Below, piece after piece: positions 46,335 to 58,982 of a stretch of 64,000 nucleotides of DNA. Each line of letters begins with the position of its first letter. Position 1 is the first letter of the stretch. The notes under the pieces are model-generated. The model saw nothing but the letters and a program-made list of their open reading frames with translations. It had not been told where the DNA came from and searched no databases. The stretch comes from an uncultured Syntrophaceae bacterium. Its GTDB lineage: Bacteria > Desulfobacterota > Syntrophia > Syntrophales > UBA6807. Made by a program: the position numbers and the translations under genes. The stretch lies in assembly GCA_964523565.1 (NCBI GenBank), contig CAZGAK010000003.1, positions 11,700-75,699 on the forward strand, read 5' to 3'.

Positions 46335-47402
46335 TTAGAAGGTAAATGAGAAGCTTATCGAACCGAATGTGTGCTCGTTTCCCTGGCCTCTAAACTCCTT
46401 TGTCCGGAAGACCTGGGCGTAGGATAGCTTGAAACGGTAGTAAATAAGACAGACACCTGCGGCAATATCTGCCACAAAATGTTTCTTGTCGATGCTGTGA
46501 CTGTCAGTGAACGTATTCCCGTCCAGAAAGATATCCCTCAGAACGGCTCGGCCGTCTGCTGAAGCAAAGAAATGGAGGCTGAAGCCTCGAGTCCCGAAGA
46601 AGCGGGGATCCTGTTCATCTACAGGGGCATTCGTGTCGCCGGCAGGTCTTATTAAAGAGACACCAAAGTCCCGGGGGATATTCCAGCCGAAGCGGGCTTC
46701 GATTCCTGTATTGGCATAGGTAGATATATTACCCACTGAACCGCCCAGGTGTGTGATGGTATCAAAACCAAGACCCTGCCTGGCTTCTATAAGACGCCAT
46801 TTGCGCTCGTAGATAATGTTCAGACCCGGTTCGTTCTTTAGCTGATTATCCCATCCTTTCGGTTCGTCTAATCTCCGTGTACTGTGGACAAATTTCTGTG
46901 TCTGTTCCGCGTATGATTCGGGTCCTACGATACCCATCTGGAATTCTATGGAATCCAGTCGCCGGTCGTCCTTGCTGTGGAAAGAAATACCAAAATAGGT
47001 CCATCCCGCATACGGACGATCATCTTCAATCAGATCCTCACGAGAAGTGTCCTTTGGAGTATACATGTTCTGGCCGATAGACAGAGCGATATTGCGCTGC
47101 AGGCCAGGTTTGTTGATAAACGGGAGACGGCGAATCAGCGGCAGGCTCCAGTCAGGCAACTTGTTGCTTTCTTTATAGCTGGTCAGATCAGGAGAAATCC
47201 AGGATAATTTTGTGCCGTTTGTATAGTGTTTGTCTGTGTGCGTAAAGAGATCGTTTTCAAAGTAAACACTGAATGTCCAGGCCTTTTGCGCTTCGGGAGT
47301 TTCCTGGCCCTTTGCTTCAAAAACAAAAGTAATACTGATCATGATAATCAATATCAGGCATTTCGTGAAAAAAGTGTTTATATTTATCATCAGTTGAAAC
47401 AT
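46335..47402 (-). CDS. LpxR-family (DUF2219) lipid A deacylase-like outer-membrane protein
   Basis: Signal peptide; FENDLFTHTDKHYTNG motif; beta-barrel-like alternation; terminal aromatic residue. Confidence 0.6.
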   Translation of the reverse strand: MFQLMININTFFTKCLILIIMISITFVFEAKGQETPEAQKAWTFSVYFENDLFTHTDKHYTNGTKLSWISPDLTSYKESNKLPDWSLPLIRRLPFINKPGLQRNIALSIGQNMYTPKDTSREDLIEDDRPYAGWTYFGISFHSKDDRRLDSIEFQMGIVGPESYAEQTQKFVHSTRRLDEPKGWDNQLKNEPGLNIIYERKWRLIEARQGLGFDTITHLGGSVGNISTYANTGIEARFGWNIPRDFGVSLIRPAGDTNAPVDEQDPRFFGTRGFSLHFFASADGRAVLRDIFLDGNTFTDSHSIDKKHFVADIAAGVCLIYYRFKLSYAQVFRTKEFRGQGNEHTFGSISFSFTF

Positions 47403-47445
47403 TTGGATTCAATAAGTGCCATGCGTCCCGGGGCATAAATTTACA

Positions 47446-48831
47446 TTAAATACCGGACAGGTATTCTGAATATCGGGCCAGGCTTGTCAAAGCTTTTACT
47501 GCCTGGTTGATTGAGTGAAAGGCAACGAGTTGTCTCTTGCCCAATTCTTCGACGGCTTCTTCATTTTCGTAACCTCCCGAACAGAGAATAACAGGTTTGT
47601 GGTATTTCTCTAACAGGTTCTCCATAACGGGGAGAATTTCTTCTACCGGTGTCATTTCCTTGCCGGCAACCCACATTACCAATATCATGTCTATGGCGGA
47701 GCAAGCCGCCAGCACCTCAAGACAGCCGCGCAATTCAAAAGAGGCGCCTGTATCTACAGGATTGTTGCGGCTCCACCACCAGGGTAAAAACTTATCTAAT
47801 TCTCCTAAAGTTTCCTCAGGAAGCTTGACAACCTCTAATCCCGCCTTGACACAGGCATCAGTGGCCACGACTCCCCATCCCCCTCCGACGGCAAGAATGC
47901 CCACTCTCTTGCCTTTAGGCAACGGTTGGCGTAAGAAGGAGGCGCCAATGCTGTAAATTTCTTCTATATCATCCACCCTGATTATGCCTGACTCCTGACA
48001 TGCTCTCTGGTAAAGGGATTCCTGTCCTTCGTAGGAAGCTGCAGTATGATAATGGGCGGCCTTCGCTCCTTCCTCGCTGACTCCTGACATTAACATGATA
48101 ATGGGCTTCTCCCGGCTTACTCTCTTTGTAATTTTCAGGAATCTTTCACCATCCTTTATGCCTTCTGTATAGCCCAGAATCACTTCTGTTTTGTCATCTT
48201 CGCCGTAATATTCAATATAGTCTTCAATATGTAAATCGGCTTCGTTGCCGTTGGAAACAAAGCGGCTGAAGCCAATTTTACGCTTGATGCATATTCCTGC
48301 CACAGTCGTTCCCACGCTCCCGCTACGTGATGTTATTGATATAGATCCCTGATGAGCCAGTCCAAGTCGCTTGGACATTAACACGCAGAGACTTGATGGT
48401 GAACTGGCTATGCCGTTGCTGTTGGGTCCTGCTAATACCATATTCCCATTTCTTGCTATCTCCACTATTTCCTGCTCTATTTTTTCTTCCTCTTTTCGAG
48501 CAAGTTCGGCAAATCCGGCGGTTATGACCAGGCAGGCCTTAGCTCTCTTTCTGACGCACTCCCTCACTACGTCGGGCACCGTAGCCTGAGGCGTAACAAT
48601 AACAGCCAGGTCGGGGGATTCAGGGATAGCAGAAACATTTGGGAAGGGTTTTAATCCCAGTATGCTTTCTCTTTCGGTGGGATTTACGGCATAAATCCTT
48701 CCTTTGTATCCGTTGTGAAGAAGCTGAGATAAAATAAGATTACCCCATTTCTTTCGATTGGATGTAGCGCCGATAAAGGCAATACTTTGCGGCTCAAATA
48801 GCGGTCTGATCTTGTTAAATGTCTTGTTCAT
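47446..48831 (-). CDS. CoA-binding protein, ADP-forming acyl-CoA synthetase alpha-subunit-like
   Basis: CoA-binding Rossmann fold (IAFIGATSN) and a succinyl-CoA-ligase-like flavodoxin domain. ATG at 48831; the upstream extension is rejected. Confidence 0.7.
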   Translation of the reverse strand: MNKTFNKIRPLFEPQSIAFIGATSNRKKWGNLILSQLLHNGYKGRIYAVNPTERESILGLKPFPNVSAIPESPDLAVIVTPQATVPDVVRECVRKRAKACLVITAGFAELARKEEEKIEQEIVEIARNGNMVLAGPNSNGIASSPSSLCVLMSKRLGLAHQGSISITSRSGSVGTTVAGICIKRKIGFSRFVSNGNEADLHIEDYIEYYGEDDKTEVILGYTEGIKDGERFLKITKRVSREKPIIMLMSGVSEEGAKAAHYHTAASYEGQESLYQRACQESGIIRVDDIEEIYSIGASFLRQPLPKGKRVGILAVGGGWGVVATDACVKAGLEVVKLPEETLGELDKFLPWWWSRNNPVDTGASFELRGCLEVLAACSAIDMILVMWVAGKEMTPVEEILPVMENLLEKYHKPVILCSGGYENEEAVEELGKRQLVAFHSINQAVKALTSLARYSEYLSGI

Positions 48832-49056
48832 TTGAGCAGTTCCCCCTAAGGTGGCAAAGCCGCAAGGACTGAGCAATGAGCAATGAGGACTGAAGACTAA
48901 AGGTTTTTCCTTCAGCCTTTCGCCTTTCAATATCTGCGCAAAAAACGCAGTTGTTGTGAACAAAGACTCTAAACTATCAACCTCATGGTTTCTTACACAC
49001 AAGGTTGAAAAAAGTCCATAGGAATTAACGGAAATATTTAGTACGATAAAATCTCG

Positions 49057-49148
49057 ATGGGCTCACAAAAAGTCGAATTTCCCCCTCACCCTAACCCTCT
49101 CCCATCAAGGGAGAGGGAACATTTTCGACTTTTTACGAAGGCATCAAC
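49057..49148. repeat. full composite palindromic repeat (AAAAAGTCGAA arm, GEG core, TTCGACTTTTTACGAA arm)
   Basis: ctcacaaaaagtcgaatttccccctcaccctaaccctctcccatcaagggagagggaacattttcgactttttacgaaggcatcaac. Confidence 0.75.
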
Positions 49149-49244
49149 CATTATGAATTATTTTTAAAATTTGCCCTTTTAGTTTCGATTTGTTAAAAAT
49201 CATATTTCTTACAGCACTTAAATCTGCCTGGAGAGGAGAAGGTT

Positions 49245-50426
49245 ATGGCAATTTCCAAGAAAATCGAAGGTTTTATATCCCAGTCTTCCTGGATCAGAAA
49301 GATGTTTGAAGACGGCATAAGATTAAAAAAGGAATACGGTGCGGAAAATGTGTTTGACTTTAGTCTCGGAAATCCCAATGTGGAGCCACCGGCGAAATTC
49401 AAGGAATTGTTGGTAGAAGTTGCCAGAGAAGATATTCCGCGGATACATGGATACATGCCGAATGCCGGCTTTCAGGATACAAGATCAGCCGTAGCTGCGC
49501 AACTCAGCAGGGAACACTCCACCAGCGTTTCATGGGAGCATATAATCATGACATGCGGGGCAGGGGGGGCACTGAATGTGGCTTTAAAAACCCTTCTTGA
49601 TCCGGAAGATGAAGTTATTATTCCAACCCCGTTTTTTGTTGAATATAGATTTTATGTGGATAATCATGGTGGTGTTTCAAAACTCGTTGATACGAATGAC
49701 GATTTTTCCCTCAATCTTCAGGCAATCGAAAATGCCATCACAGGAAAGACGAAAGTCATTCTGATCAATTCACCAAATAATCCGACAGGCAAGGTGTATG
49801 ATGAAGAAACGATAAGAGGCCTTGGGGCTCTGCTTGAAAAAAAAGAAAAAGAACTGGGACGAGAAATATACCTGCTGTCCGACGAACCATACAGGGAAAT
49901 CGTCTATGATGGTGTGAAAGTACCCAGCATTTTACGGGCATATAAAAACAGTATCATCGCCACATCTTATTCCAAGAGTATATCCCTCGCCGGTGAAAGG
50001 ATAGGATATCTTGCTCTGAATCCCGTTATGTCCGGTCTTGAAGTATTAACCGGCGGCATGATCCTCTGCAACAGGATAATCGGATTCGTCAATGCCCCGG
50101 CTTTCATGCAGAGGATTATAGGAAAGATGCAGGGCACGACGGTTGCCGTTGAAGAATATAAAAGAAAACGGGATCTGCTCTGTGATGGCCTCTCTTCCCT
50201 GGGTTACCAATTTGAAAAGCCCGAGGGTGCCTTTTATCTTTTCCCACGATTACCGATGGAAGACGATGTAGAATTTGTAAGGGTTTTACAGGAGAAAAAA
50301 GTCCTCACCGTTCCGGGAAGCGGTTTCGGGAAGTCAGGACACATCCGGATTTCCTATTGCGTTGATGATTCCACGATAATCAATTCAATGAAGGGATTCG
50401 AAGAGGCAATAAAGAAGTATTTATAA
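49245..50426 (+). CDS. pyridoxal phosphate-dependent aminotransferase (class I/II, AspC/AlaT-like)
   Basis: NSPNNPTG and SYSKSISLAGERIGY (PLP lysine) motifs. Confidence 0.88.
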   Translation: MAISKKIEGFISQSSWIRKMFEDGIRLKKEYGAENVFDFSLGNPNVEPPAKFKELLVEVAREDIPRIHGYMPNAGFQDTRSAVAAQLSREHSTSVSWEHIIMTCGAGGALNVALKTLLDPEDEVIIPTPFFVEYRFYVDNHGGVSKLVDTNDDFSLNLQAIENAITGKTKVILINSPNNPTGKVYDEETIRGLGALLEKKEKELGREIYLLSDEPYREIVYDGVKVPSILRAYKNSIIATSYSKSISLAGERIGYLALNPVMSGLEVLTGGMILCNRIIGFVNAPAFMQRIIGKMQGTTVAVEEYKRKRDLLCDGLSSLGYQFEKPEGAFYLFPRLPMEDDVEFVRVLQEKKVLTVPGSGFGKSGHIRISYCVDDSTIINSMKGFEEAIKKYL

Positions 50427-50448
50427 ACAATATTGAGACACTAAAGGA

Positions 50449-50608
50449 TTAAATCCGAATATCGAAATTCGAAATACGAAACAAATCCGAATATCGTTCG
50501 ACTGAGCGCTCACGTCGAAGTCAAATAACAAATTTTCGAAACGGTTTTGGACATTCGAATTTAAGGTTTTGATATTGTTTCGAATTTCGTACTTTGGATT
50601 TCGAATTT
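50449..50608. mobile_element. MITE-like element, family B, second copy
   Basis: ttaaatccgaatatcgaaattcgaaatacgaaaca...tgtttcgaatttcgtactttggatttcgaattt. Ends match 6101-6287. Confidence 0.6.
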
Positions 50609-50616
50609 ATTTTCTG

Positions 50617-51480
50617 CTAGATCTTCATGAGTGTGATCGAGATAACGGTTAGCACAATTCCGGCGATCCGCAGGAAGTTCAATCTTTCTCTGTAGATCAA
50701 ACCGGAAAGAACGATTGCAATAATAAAATACATTCCTGTTATTGAAATGATGACCGACAGGGGTCCCACGGAAAGTGCCTTCAAAAGGGCATAAAAGCCG
50801 ATAAAGTTCACAAGTCCCATGCCAAGACCGATGATTAATGCATCCCTGTGATTCAGATTTACATTTTTTTGTTGAAGCCTTTTTTGTAATCCCAGAGAGA
50901 AGAGTGTACTCAATGCATAGGATATGGCAATGAATCCCAGGAGATTTGTGTGGATAGCTGCAAATTTGCTGGAAATTGCCGCAACTGCACCTGAAAAAAG
51001 GGCAACAAAAATCAATGCAAAACCGACTTTAATATTTTTATCGGGCATTTCTTCAACAGCATTGTTGCTGTATCTTGTTAAAATCAAAATAACGGAAATA
51101 GCCATTATTATACCTGCAATCTGGTAAGCGGATAAACTGTCATTGAAATACAGGATTGAGAAGATGACAACTATGCCTGTATTGAGCCGGATGATCGGAT
51201 ATGCGATTGTAATTGATATATGCTTTAAGGCTTCTATCGTTGTGATTGTGCCTGCCAGGAAAGATACGCTGTTGATAAGTGAAATAAAGAGCAAGAAAGA
51301 AAGGTTTGATACAGTTTCATGAAGTGTAAAAAACAAAATCGTGCTCAGGATGGTAACTGTTCCCATAAATGAAAAAGTGGTCCAGGCGGTGTTGCACTTC
51401 TTTTCGGCGGAGACTTTGTATAAAAATCTTTGAATGCCGAAAGAGAGAAGGGCAATTATTGTAAAAAGATACCAGTCCAT
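50617..51480 (-). CDS. EamA/DMT-family transporter
   Basis: Ten predicted TM helices in two EamA-like halves. ATG at 51480; the ORF-track extension to 51633 translates MITE-A. Confidence 0.75.
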   Translation of the reverse strand: MDWYLFTIIALLSFGIQRFLYKVSAEKKCNTAWTTFSFMGTVTILSTILFFTLHETVSNLSFLLFISLINSVSFLAGTITTIEALKHISITIAYPIIRLNTGIVVIFSILYFNDSLSAYQIAGIIMAISVILILTRYSNNAVEEMPDKNIKVGFALIFVALFSGAVAAISSKFAAIHTNLLGFIAISYALSTLFSLGLQKRLQQKNVNLNHRDALIIGLGMGLVNFIGFYALLKALSVGPLSVIISITGMYFIIAIVLSGLIYRERLNFLRIAGIVLTVISITLMKI

Positions 51481-51498
51481 AGTTGAAGTAATTTCTAA

Positions 51499-51640
51499 GA
51501 GACCTTTGCATAACGTCCCCTTTTGCCCAATTTCTGCGTCAGGCTCAAATTTTAATCCTCGAAATATCCGATATATTCCTGTGGTTAAAATTTTCGCCTT
51601 CCGTGAACTTGAGCAAAATTGAACATTCTGCAAAGGTCTC
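51499..51640 (-). mobile_element. MITE-A, full copy (142 bp)
   Basis: gagacctttgca...tgcaaaggtctc. Collinear with the reverse complement of 15384-15525. Confidence 0.8.
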
Positions 51641-51676
51641 TCTACGTTGAATTGAACCGAATTTCATGACAGACCC

Positions 51677-51949
51677 TTAATATCTGACGGTAAAATCGGT
51701 AAATTTTCCAATCAAGGGCTCCTCAATAATTTCAATGTCTGTGACTGAGGCAAGGGGAGGCCCTTTCTTGCACCATCCTATCATTTGATAGATGTTATCT
51801 TCTTTTCCTTCAAAGACTGCTTCAACCCTGCCGTCTCGAAGGTTTCTGACCCAGCCTTTCAGATTCAAATCTCTGGCGTAATACCAGGTTTCTGCTCTGA
51901 AGCAGACCCCGTGAACCCTGCCGGAAATGAAAATATGTATTCTTTTCAT
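51677..51949 (-). CDS. acyP: acylphosphatase
   Basis: ISGRVHGVCFR and GWVRNLRDGRVE motifs; 90 aa. Confidence 0.9.
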   Translation of the reverse strand: MKRIHIFISGRVHGVCFRAETWYYARDLNLKGWVRNLRDGRVEAVFEGKEDNIYQMIGWCKKGPPLASVTDIEIIEEPLIGKFTDFTVRY

Positions 51950-51969
51950 AAAGAGTCAGTTACCCCGCA

Positions 51970-54269
<2,300 letters not shown>

Positions 54270-54440
54270 TGTTAAACTCCTTTTACGTTCTCCTGGTTCC
54301 TCTTATATTATGACCGAAAGGACACATTTATACTATCTTCACATATATGAAATGTCAAACCAAAAGCAAGGATGCTCTTTCCTAAAATAATTCTTGTGTT
54401 TTTAATATAGATATAATAAAAATTTCCGAGGTGTTTTGTA

Positions 54441-54923
54441 ATGAAGATAGGAGTAATTTCAGATACTCACCTCAAGGGTCATGACATATGGCTTGAGAGG
54501 GTTGTTGAAAAGTATTTTTCAGATGTGGAACTGATCCTCCATGCGGGAGATATTGTTGAGCTCAGTGTCCTTGATATTTTCAGAGGAAAAGAAGTTTACG
54601 CCGTCTGCGGTAATATGGATTTAGCTTCAGCAAGGAGATCATTTCCAGAGAAGTTAACCCTTGAAGTCGAGGGACATAAAATAGGTCTTATTCATGGATG
54701 GGGAATGCCTTATGGTATGGAAGATAAGCTCATCAAGGAATTTGAAGGTATAGAATGTCTCGTATACGGACATACCCACCAGGCTGCTAATAAAATGAAG
54801 GATAACGTACTTTTTTTCAATCCCGGGTCGCCTACGGACCGGGTATTTGTACGACGAAATACGTTAGGTATAATAGAAATTGGCGAGACAATAACGGGAA
54901 AAATAATAGAAATCGAAAATTGA
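54441..54923 (+). CDS. YfcE/MJ0936-family metallophosphoesterase
   Basis: MKIGVISDTHL, GDIV and GHTH motifs. Confidence 0.85.
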   Translation: MKIGVISDTHLKGHDIWLERVVEKYFSDVELILHAGDIVELSVLDIFRGKEVYAVCGNMDLASARRSFPEKLTLEVEGHKIGLIHGWGMPYGMEDKLIKEFEGIECLVYGHTHQAANKMKDNVLFFNPGSPTDRVFVRRNTLGIIEIGETITGKIIEIEN

Positions 54924-54947
54924 CTTTTTACAAAGCCATCAAAATTA
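54920..54947. repeat. half copy of the GACTTTTTAC..CATCAAAATT repeat arm
   Basis: ttgactttttacaaagccatcaaaatta, starting at the yfcE-like stop codon. Confidence 0.6.
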
Positions 54948-54957
54948 GAGATAATGT

Positions 54958-55440
54958 ATGGATCATATTAAATCCCCCGGAAGAATGGAGTATTTAAGGA
55001 GCAAAAAGCCGGAGGGGTGCATTTTTTGTAAAGAGTCAATCAGGGAAGAGGGGCTTGTACTCTTTGAAGGTAAATCGTGCTATGTCATCATGAACAAATA
55101 TCCCTATAATTCCGGACATTTAATGATAGTACCTTTCAGACATATATCTGAAATAGAAGATATGTCCATGGAAGAAAAGATAGAAATGATAGAGCTTACA
55201 GATATGTCTGTAAGAATCATGAAAGAAGTGATGAGTCCCGAAGGTTTTAACATTGGAATGAATGTGGGCAGGGCCGGGGGTGCGGGAGTGCTGGGTCATC
55301 TGCATTTTCATATAGTACCGCGATGGCAGGGGGATACCAATTTCGCCACTGTTTTAGGTGATGTCAGGGTACTTCCGGAAGATGTAGAAAAAACTCGAGA
55401 TAATTTATTACCTTTTTTTCAAAAAAACAAGGAGGTCTAG
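54958..55440 (+). CDS. HIT family protein
   Basis: Histidine triad HLHFHIVPR. Confidence 0.85.
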   Translation: MDHIKSPGRMEYLRSKKPEGCIFCKESIREEGLVLFEGKSCYVIMNKYPYNSGHLMIVPFRHISEIEDMSMEEKIEMIELTDMSVRIMKEVMSPEGFNIGMNVGRAGGAGVLGHLHFHIVPRWQGDTNFATVLGDVRVLPEDVEKTRDNLLPFFQKNKEV

Positions 55441-55441
55441 G

Positions 55442-55753
55442 ATGAAACTTCTCTACACCATTATTGGTATGTTGGTTGTACTGTTCATTATTACTTTTTC
55501 GCTGACGAATACAGGTCCTGTTCAACTTAAATATTACGATATTATAGATATCAGTGTGCCCGGTTATATGCTTATTTTTATATCATTTGGTGTAGGGCTG
55601 TTATTCGCGGGTTTTTTGGACATAGGGGAACGATACAGGCTGTCAAGAAAAGTCTCCAAATTGAATAAAAGAATAAAAGTGTTAGAAAAAAGTGGGAAGG
55701 AGACAGAAGTACTACTACCGAAGGAAGAGGAAACGCCAACAACGTATATATAA
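55442..55753 (+). CDS. LapA-family (DUF1049) inner-membrane protein
   Basis: Two TM helices followed by a basic coiled-coil tail; 103 aa. Confidence 0.6.
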   Translation: MKLLYTIIGMLVVLFIITFSLTNTGPVQLKYYDIIDISVPGYMLIFISFGVGLLFAGFLDIGERYRLSRKVSKLNKRIKVLEKSGKETEVLLPKEEETPTTYI

Positions 55754-55785
55754 AAAATATTCCCCATTTTAAATCATTTATTGAT

Positions 55786-56262
55786 ATGGGACAAATTAAA
55801 TTCTTGACAGACAGGAATCTGGGGAAACTGACGAAGTGGCTTCGTATAATCGGTTATGATACCGTTTACTATGCGGGAAACATTGACAGAAGTTTTTTGA
55901 AAAGGGGTGCGAAAGAGAGAAGGGTTGTCCTGACAAGAAGAAGGGATATGGCCGGGAGAAGTTTCCTGGGCCGGATGTTCATTGTCTGTTCCGATAGAGT
56001 CTCAGATCAGTTGAGTGAAATTATTAAAGAGTTTTCCCTTGAGCTTAATCCTGAAAAGTTTCTTACCATCTGCCTTACATGTAATGAAAAGTTGGAAGAT
56101 ATCCCGAAGAGGGATGTTGAAAGTCGTGTGCCCCCATATGTCTTTCAGACTCAGAAAAACTTTCGAATATGTCCACAGTGCGAAAAGATATTCTGGCCCG
56201 GCACTCATAAAGATAATGTGTTGCTGTACCTTAAACGGCACAATCTGATTCATCACCCTTGA
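55786..56262 (+). CDS. Mut7-C RNase domain protein (DUF82) with a C-terminal zinc ribbon
   Basis: FLTDRNLGKLTKWLRIIGYD N terminus and CLTCN...CPQCEKIFWPGTH. Confidence 0.8.
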   Translation: MGQIKFLTDRNLGKLTKWLRIIGYDTVYYAGNIDRSFLKRGAKERRVVLTRRRDMAGRSFLGRMFIVCSDRVSDQLSEIIKEFSLELNPEKFLTICLTCNEKLEDIPKRDVESRVPPYVFQTQKNFRICPQCEKIFWPGTHKDNVLLYLKRHNLIHHP

Positions 56263-56719
56263 TTTTCTCGATTGTGTGTTTCAATGCGGGCAGGATAACA
56301 GATAAATTTTCTTTTACAGCTCCTGGGCTTCCGGGAAGATTAACTATTAACGATTGTTTTCTTATCCCGACGACAGCACGTGATATCATGCCGTAGGGTG
56401 TCTTTGACGTGCTTTCCCTCCGCATGGCCTCTGCCATACCGGGAACTTCCTTTTCTATTACCTTCAATGTGGCATCAGGAGTAACATCACGCGGACTTAC
56501 ACCGGTGCCTCCTGTTGTTATAACGAGGTCGATTTTTTTCTTATCAACCAATTCTATCAGCTTCCGGAATATAATATCTGTTTCATCAGGAATGATTTCA
56601 TATTCAATAACCGTAGCGGGAATATCCTTTATCAGCCGGATTATTTCTTTACCGCTGATATCCTCTCTTTCCCCGCGCGCCCCTTTGTCGCTGATCGTTA
56701 TAACCCCTGCGGTTATCAA
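56231..56719 (-). CDS. MogA/MoaB-family molybdenum cofactor biosynthesis protein
   Basis: TTGGTGVSPRDVTPDAT motif; 162 aa. Confidence 0.85.
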   Translation of the reverse strand: MITAGVITISDKGARGEREDISGKEIIRLIKDIPATVIEYEIIPDETDIIFRKLIELVDKKKIDLVITTGGTGVSPRDVTPDATLKVIEKEVPGMAEAMRRESTSKTPYGMISRAVVGIRKQSLIVNLPGSPGAVKENLSVILPALKHTIEKIKGDESDCAV

Positions 56720-56726
56720 AATCTGA

Positions 56727-58805
56727 TTATTCCTCTTCCTTTTTCGATTCGGCGATGATCTTCTCCGCGATTTGAGCAGGGACTTCTTCGTAGTGAGAAT
56801 GCTCGAATGAGAATGTGCCTCTACCGCTTGTAATCGATCTCAGTTCAGGTGCATATGTCAGGATTTCTGCTAATGGGACCTGCCCCTTTATAAGCTGGTT
56901 GGATCCTTTGGTGTCCATGCCCAGAACCCTCCCGCGCCTGCTGTTCAAATCTCCAATTACATCCCCCATATACTCATCAGGAATTTCTATATCGAGATTA
57001 ACAATAGGTTCCAGAAGGGTTGGCTGGCATTGCAGAACCCCTTTTTTAAATCCCATCGATCCGGCTATCTTAAAAGCCATTTCAGACGAATCCACTGTGT
57101 GGAAAGAACCATCATAGAGAGAAACTTTGACGTCTACGACCGGATAACCTGCCACAACTCCTTCGGTCATAGCCTCCACAATACCTTTTTCTACTGCAGG
57201 TATATACTGTTTAGGGATAACGCCGCCTACAATCTTGTTCGCGAATTCGAAACCTTCTCCCTTGGGAAGAGGCTCTATCTCAATCCACGTGTCCCCAAAC
57301 TGACCTCTTCCACCGGACTGCTTTTTGTATTTTCCCTGAACCTGTGTTTTCCCCTTAATCGTTTCTTTATAGGGAACTTTGGGCGTACGCAACTCGACCT
57401 CTACACCAAACTTCCGCTTCATCTTTTCAATCGTCACTTCTATGTGGACCTGTCCCATACCGGAGAGTATCATTTCTTTTGTCTGCTCATCTCTGCGAAC
57501 AGAAAGTGTTGGATCTTCTTCAACAAGCCTGTTAAGGGAAGTGACAATTTTTTCTTCGTCACCTTTTGACTTTGGATTTATTGCAAAAGACATGAGACCG
57601 GGAACAAGGGAAACCTCTTCAAATATAATCTGCGATTTCTCATCGCAGATTGTGTTGCCGGTAGCCGTCTCTTTTAATTTCGCTACAGCCGCTATATCAC
57701 CGGGAACAAGTGATTCTGCCGGTTTTTGGCTTTTACCTTCAAGATAAAAAATATTCCCAAATTTCTCACTGACTTTTCTTGATGTGTTATAAAAACTGGA
57801 ATCCGAGTTTGCAGTTCCTGAAAACACTCTGAATAAAGTGAGTTTGCCGGCATAGGGATCTGCTATCGTTTTAAAAACCATAGCTGAAAATGGAGAAGTT
57901 GTGTCAGGGGTTCTCTCTTCAACTTCATCAGAATCCGGTTTCTTACCTTTGACGGATCCTGTATCCACGGGTGAGGGAAGGTAACCGACAATCATGTCCA
58001 TGAGTGGGATGATTCCTATATTCTTAATAGCTGAACCACATGTCAACGGGATCAGTTCACCCGAGACTACCCCTTTTCTCAATCCATTTTTCAGATCATC
58101 GACACTCAGTTCACCTTCTTCCAGGTATTTATTCATCAATTCTTCATCACATTCAGCAATATCTTCAACCAGTGTTTCTCTGTATGTCTCTGCTTCATCC
58201 AGCATGTCGGATGGAATATCTTCTCTTTTAAATTTGCCTTTTGGATCATCAAAGATAAAGGCCTTCATATTGATGAGATCGACCAATCCTTTAAATTCCT
58301 CTTCTGCGCCTATGGGCAGATAACATGGTGTGACCTTTCTTCCCAAACGTTCCTTTATGTTATTTAAAACTTTAAAGAAATCGGCACGTTCTCTGTCCAT
58401 CTTATTGATGTAAACTATCCGGGGAAGGGACAGCTCGTCAGAAAATTCCCATACCTTTTCTGTCTGGAATTCCACACCCCCTACGGCATCAATTACAACG
58501 ACGGCACCGTCAGCAACACGCAGGCAATTTCTGGTGTCCATAAAAAAGTTTGCATCGCCGGGTGTATCGAGAATATTAACTTTATGTTTATCCCAGTCAA
58601 AAAAGCCTGTCGCAGCGCTGATTGATATGTGCCTTTTCTGCTCTTCCGGTTCGAAATCCAGATTGGATGTTCCATCATCAACTCTTCCAAATCTGTCCGA
58701 CTTGCCACTGACAAAAAGGAAGGATTCGCCGAGGGAAGTTTTTCCCGTTCCTCCATGACCTATGATTGCAACGTTTCTCAAAGAAGTAGATTCATACTTT
58801 GCCAT
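56727..58805 (-). CDS. elongation factor G paralogue (EF-G2-like)
   Basis: GTPase G1 motif IIGHGGTGKTS (not the canonical AHIDAGKTT), DTPG and NKMD motifs; EF-G domains II-V. Not in a str-operon context. Confidence 0.88.
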   Translation of the reverse strand: MAKYESTSLRNVAIIGHGGTGKTSLGESFLFVSGKSDRFGRVDDGTSNLDFEPEEQKRHISISAATGFFDWDKHKVNILDTPGDANFFMDTRNCLRVADGAVVVIDAVGGVEFQTEKVWEFSDELSLPRIVYINKMDRERADFFKVLNNIKERLGRKVTPCYLPIGAEEEFKGLVDLINMKAFIFDDPKGKFKREDIPSDMLDEAETYRETLVEDIAECDEELMNKYLEEGELSVDDLKNGLRKGVVSGELIPLTCGSAIKNIGIIPLMDMIVGYLPSPVDTGSVKGKKPDSDEVEERTPDTTSPFSAMVFKTIADPYAGKLTLFRVFSGTANSDSSFYNTSRKVSEKFGNIFYLEGKSQKPAESLVPGDIAAVAKLKETATGNTICDEKSQIIFEEVSLVPGLMSFAINPKSKGDEEKIVTSLNRLVEEDPTLSVRRDEQTKEMILSGMGQVHIEVTIEKMKRKFGVEVELRTPKVPYKETIKGKTQVQGKYKKQSGGRGQFGDTWIEIEPLPKGEGFEFANKIVGGVIPKQYIPAVEKGIVEAMTEGVVAGYPVVDVKVSLYDGSFHTVDSSEMAFKIAGSMGFKKGVLQCQPTLLEPIVNLDIEIPDEYMGDVIGDLNSRRGRVLGMDTKGSNQLIKGQVPLAEILTYAPELRSITSGRGTFSFEHSHYEEVPAQIAEKIIAESKKEEE

Positions 58806-58982
58806 TTGAACTCCTTTCTTAAAGACAAAGAAAATACGCAGAATTTAATTTGTCTAGCCTATTCCAACTTCCCAAGTCAAGACAAATTATGATCTCAGGT
58901 ATTTAATTGACGTTTAATGCTAAACGTGGTATGTAAAGTGATTCAAGTAATTATAATTAGTATGCGAGGTGAGGGTAGTACC

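Noticed and set aside
56231-56262. 32-nt convergent overlap of the Mut7-C and mog 3' ends
   Set aside because: Convergent 3' overlaps of this size are common in compact genomes, and nothing in the sequence suggests regulation.
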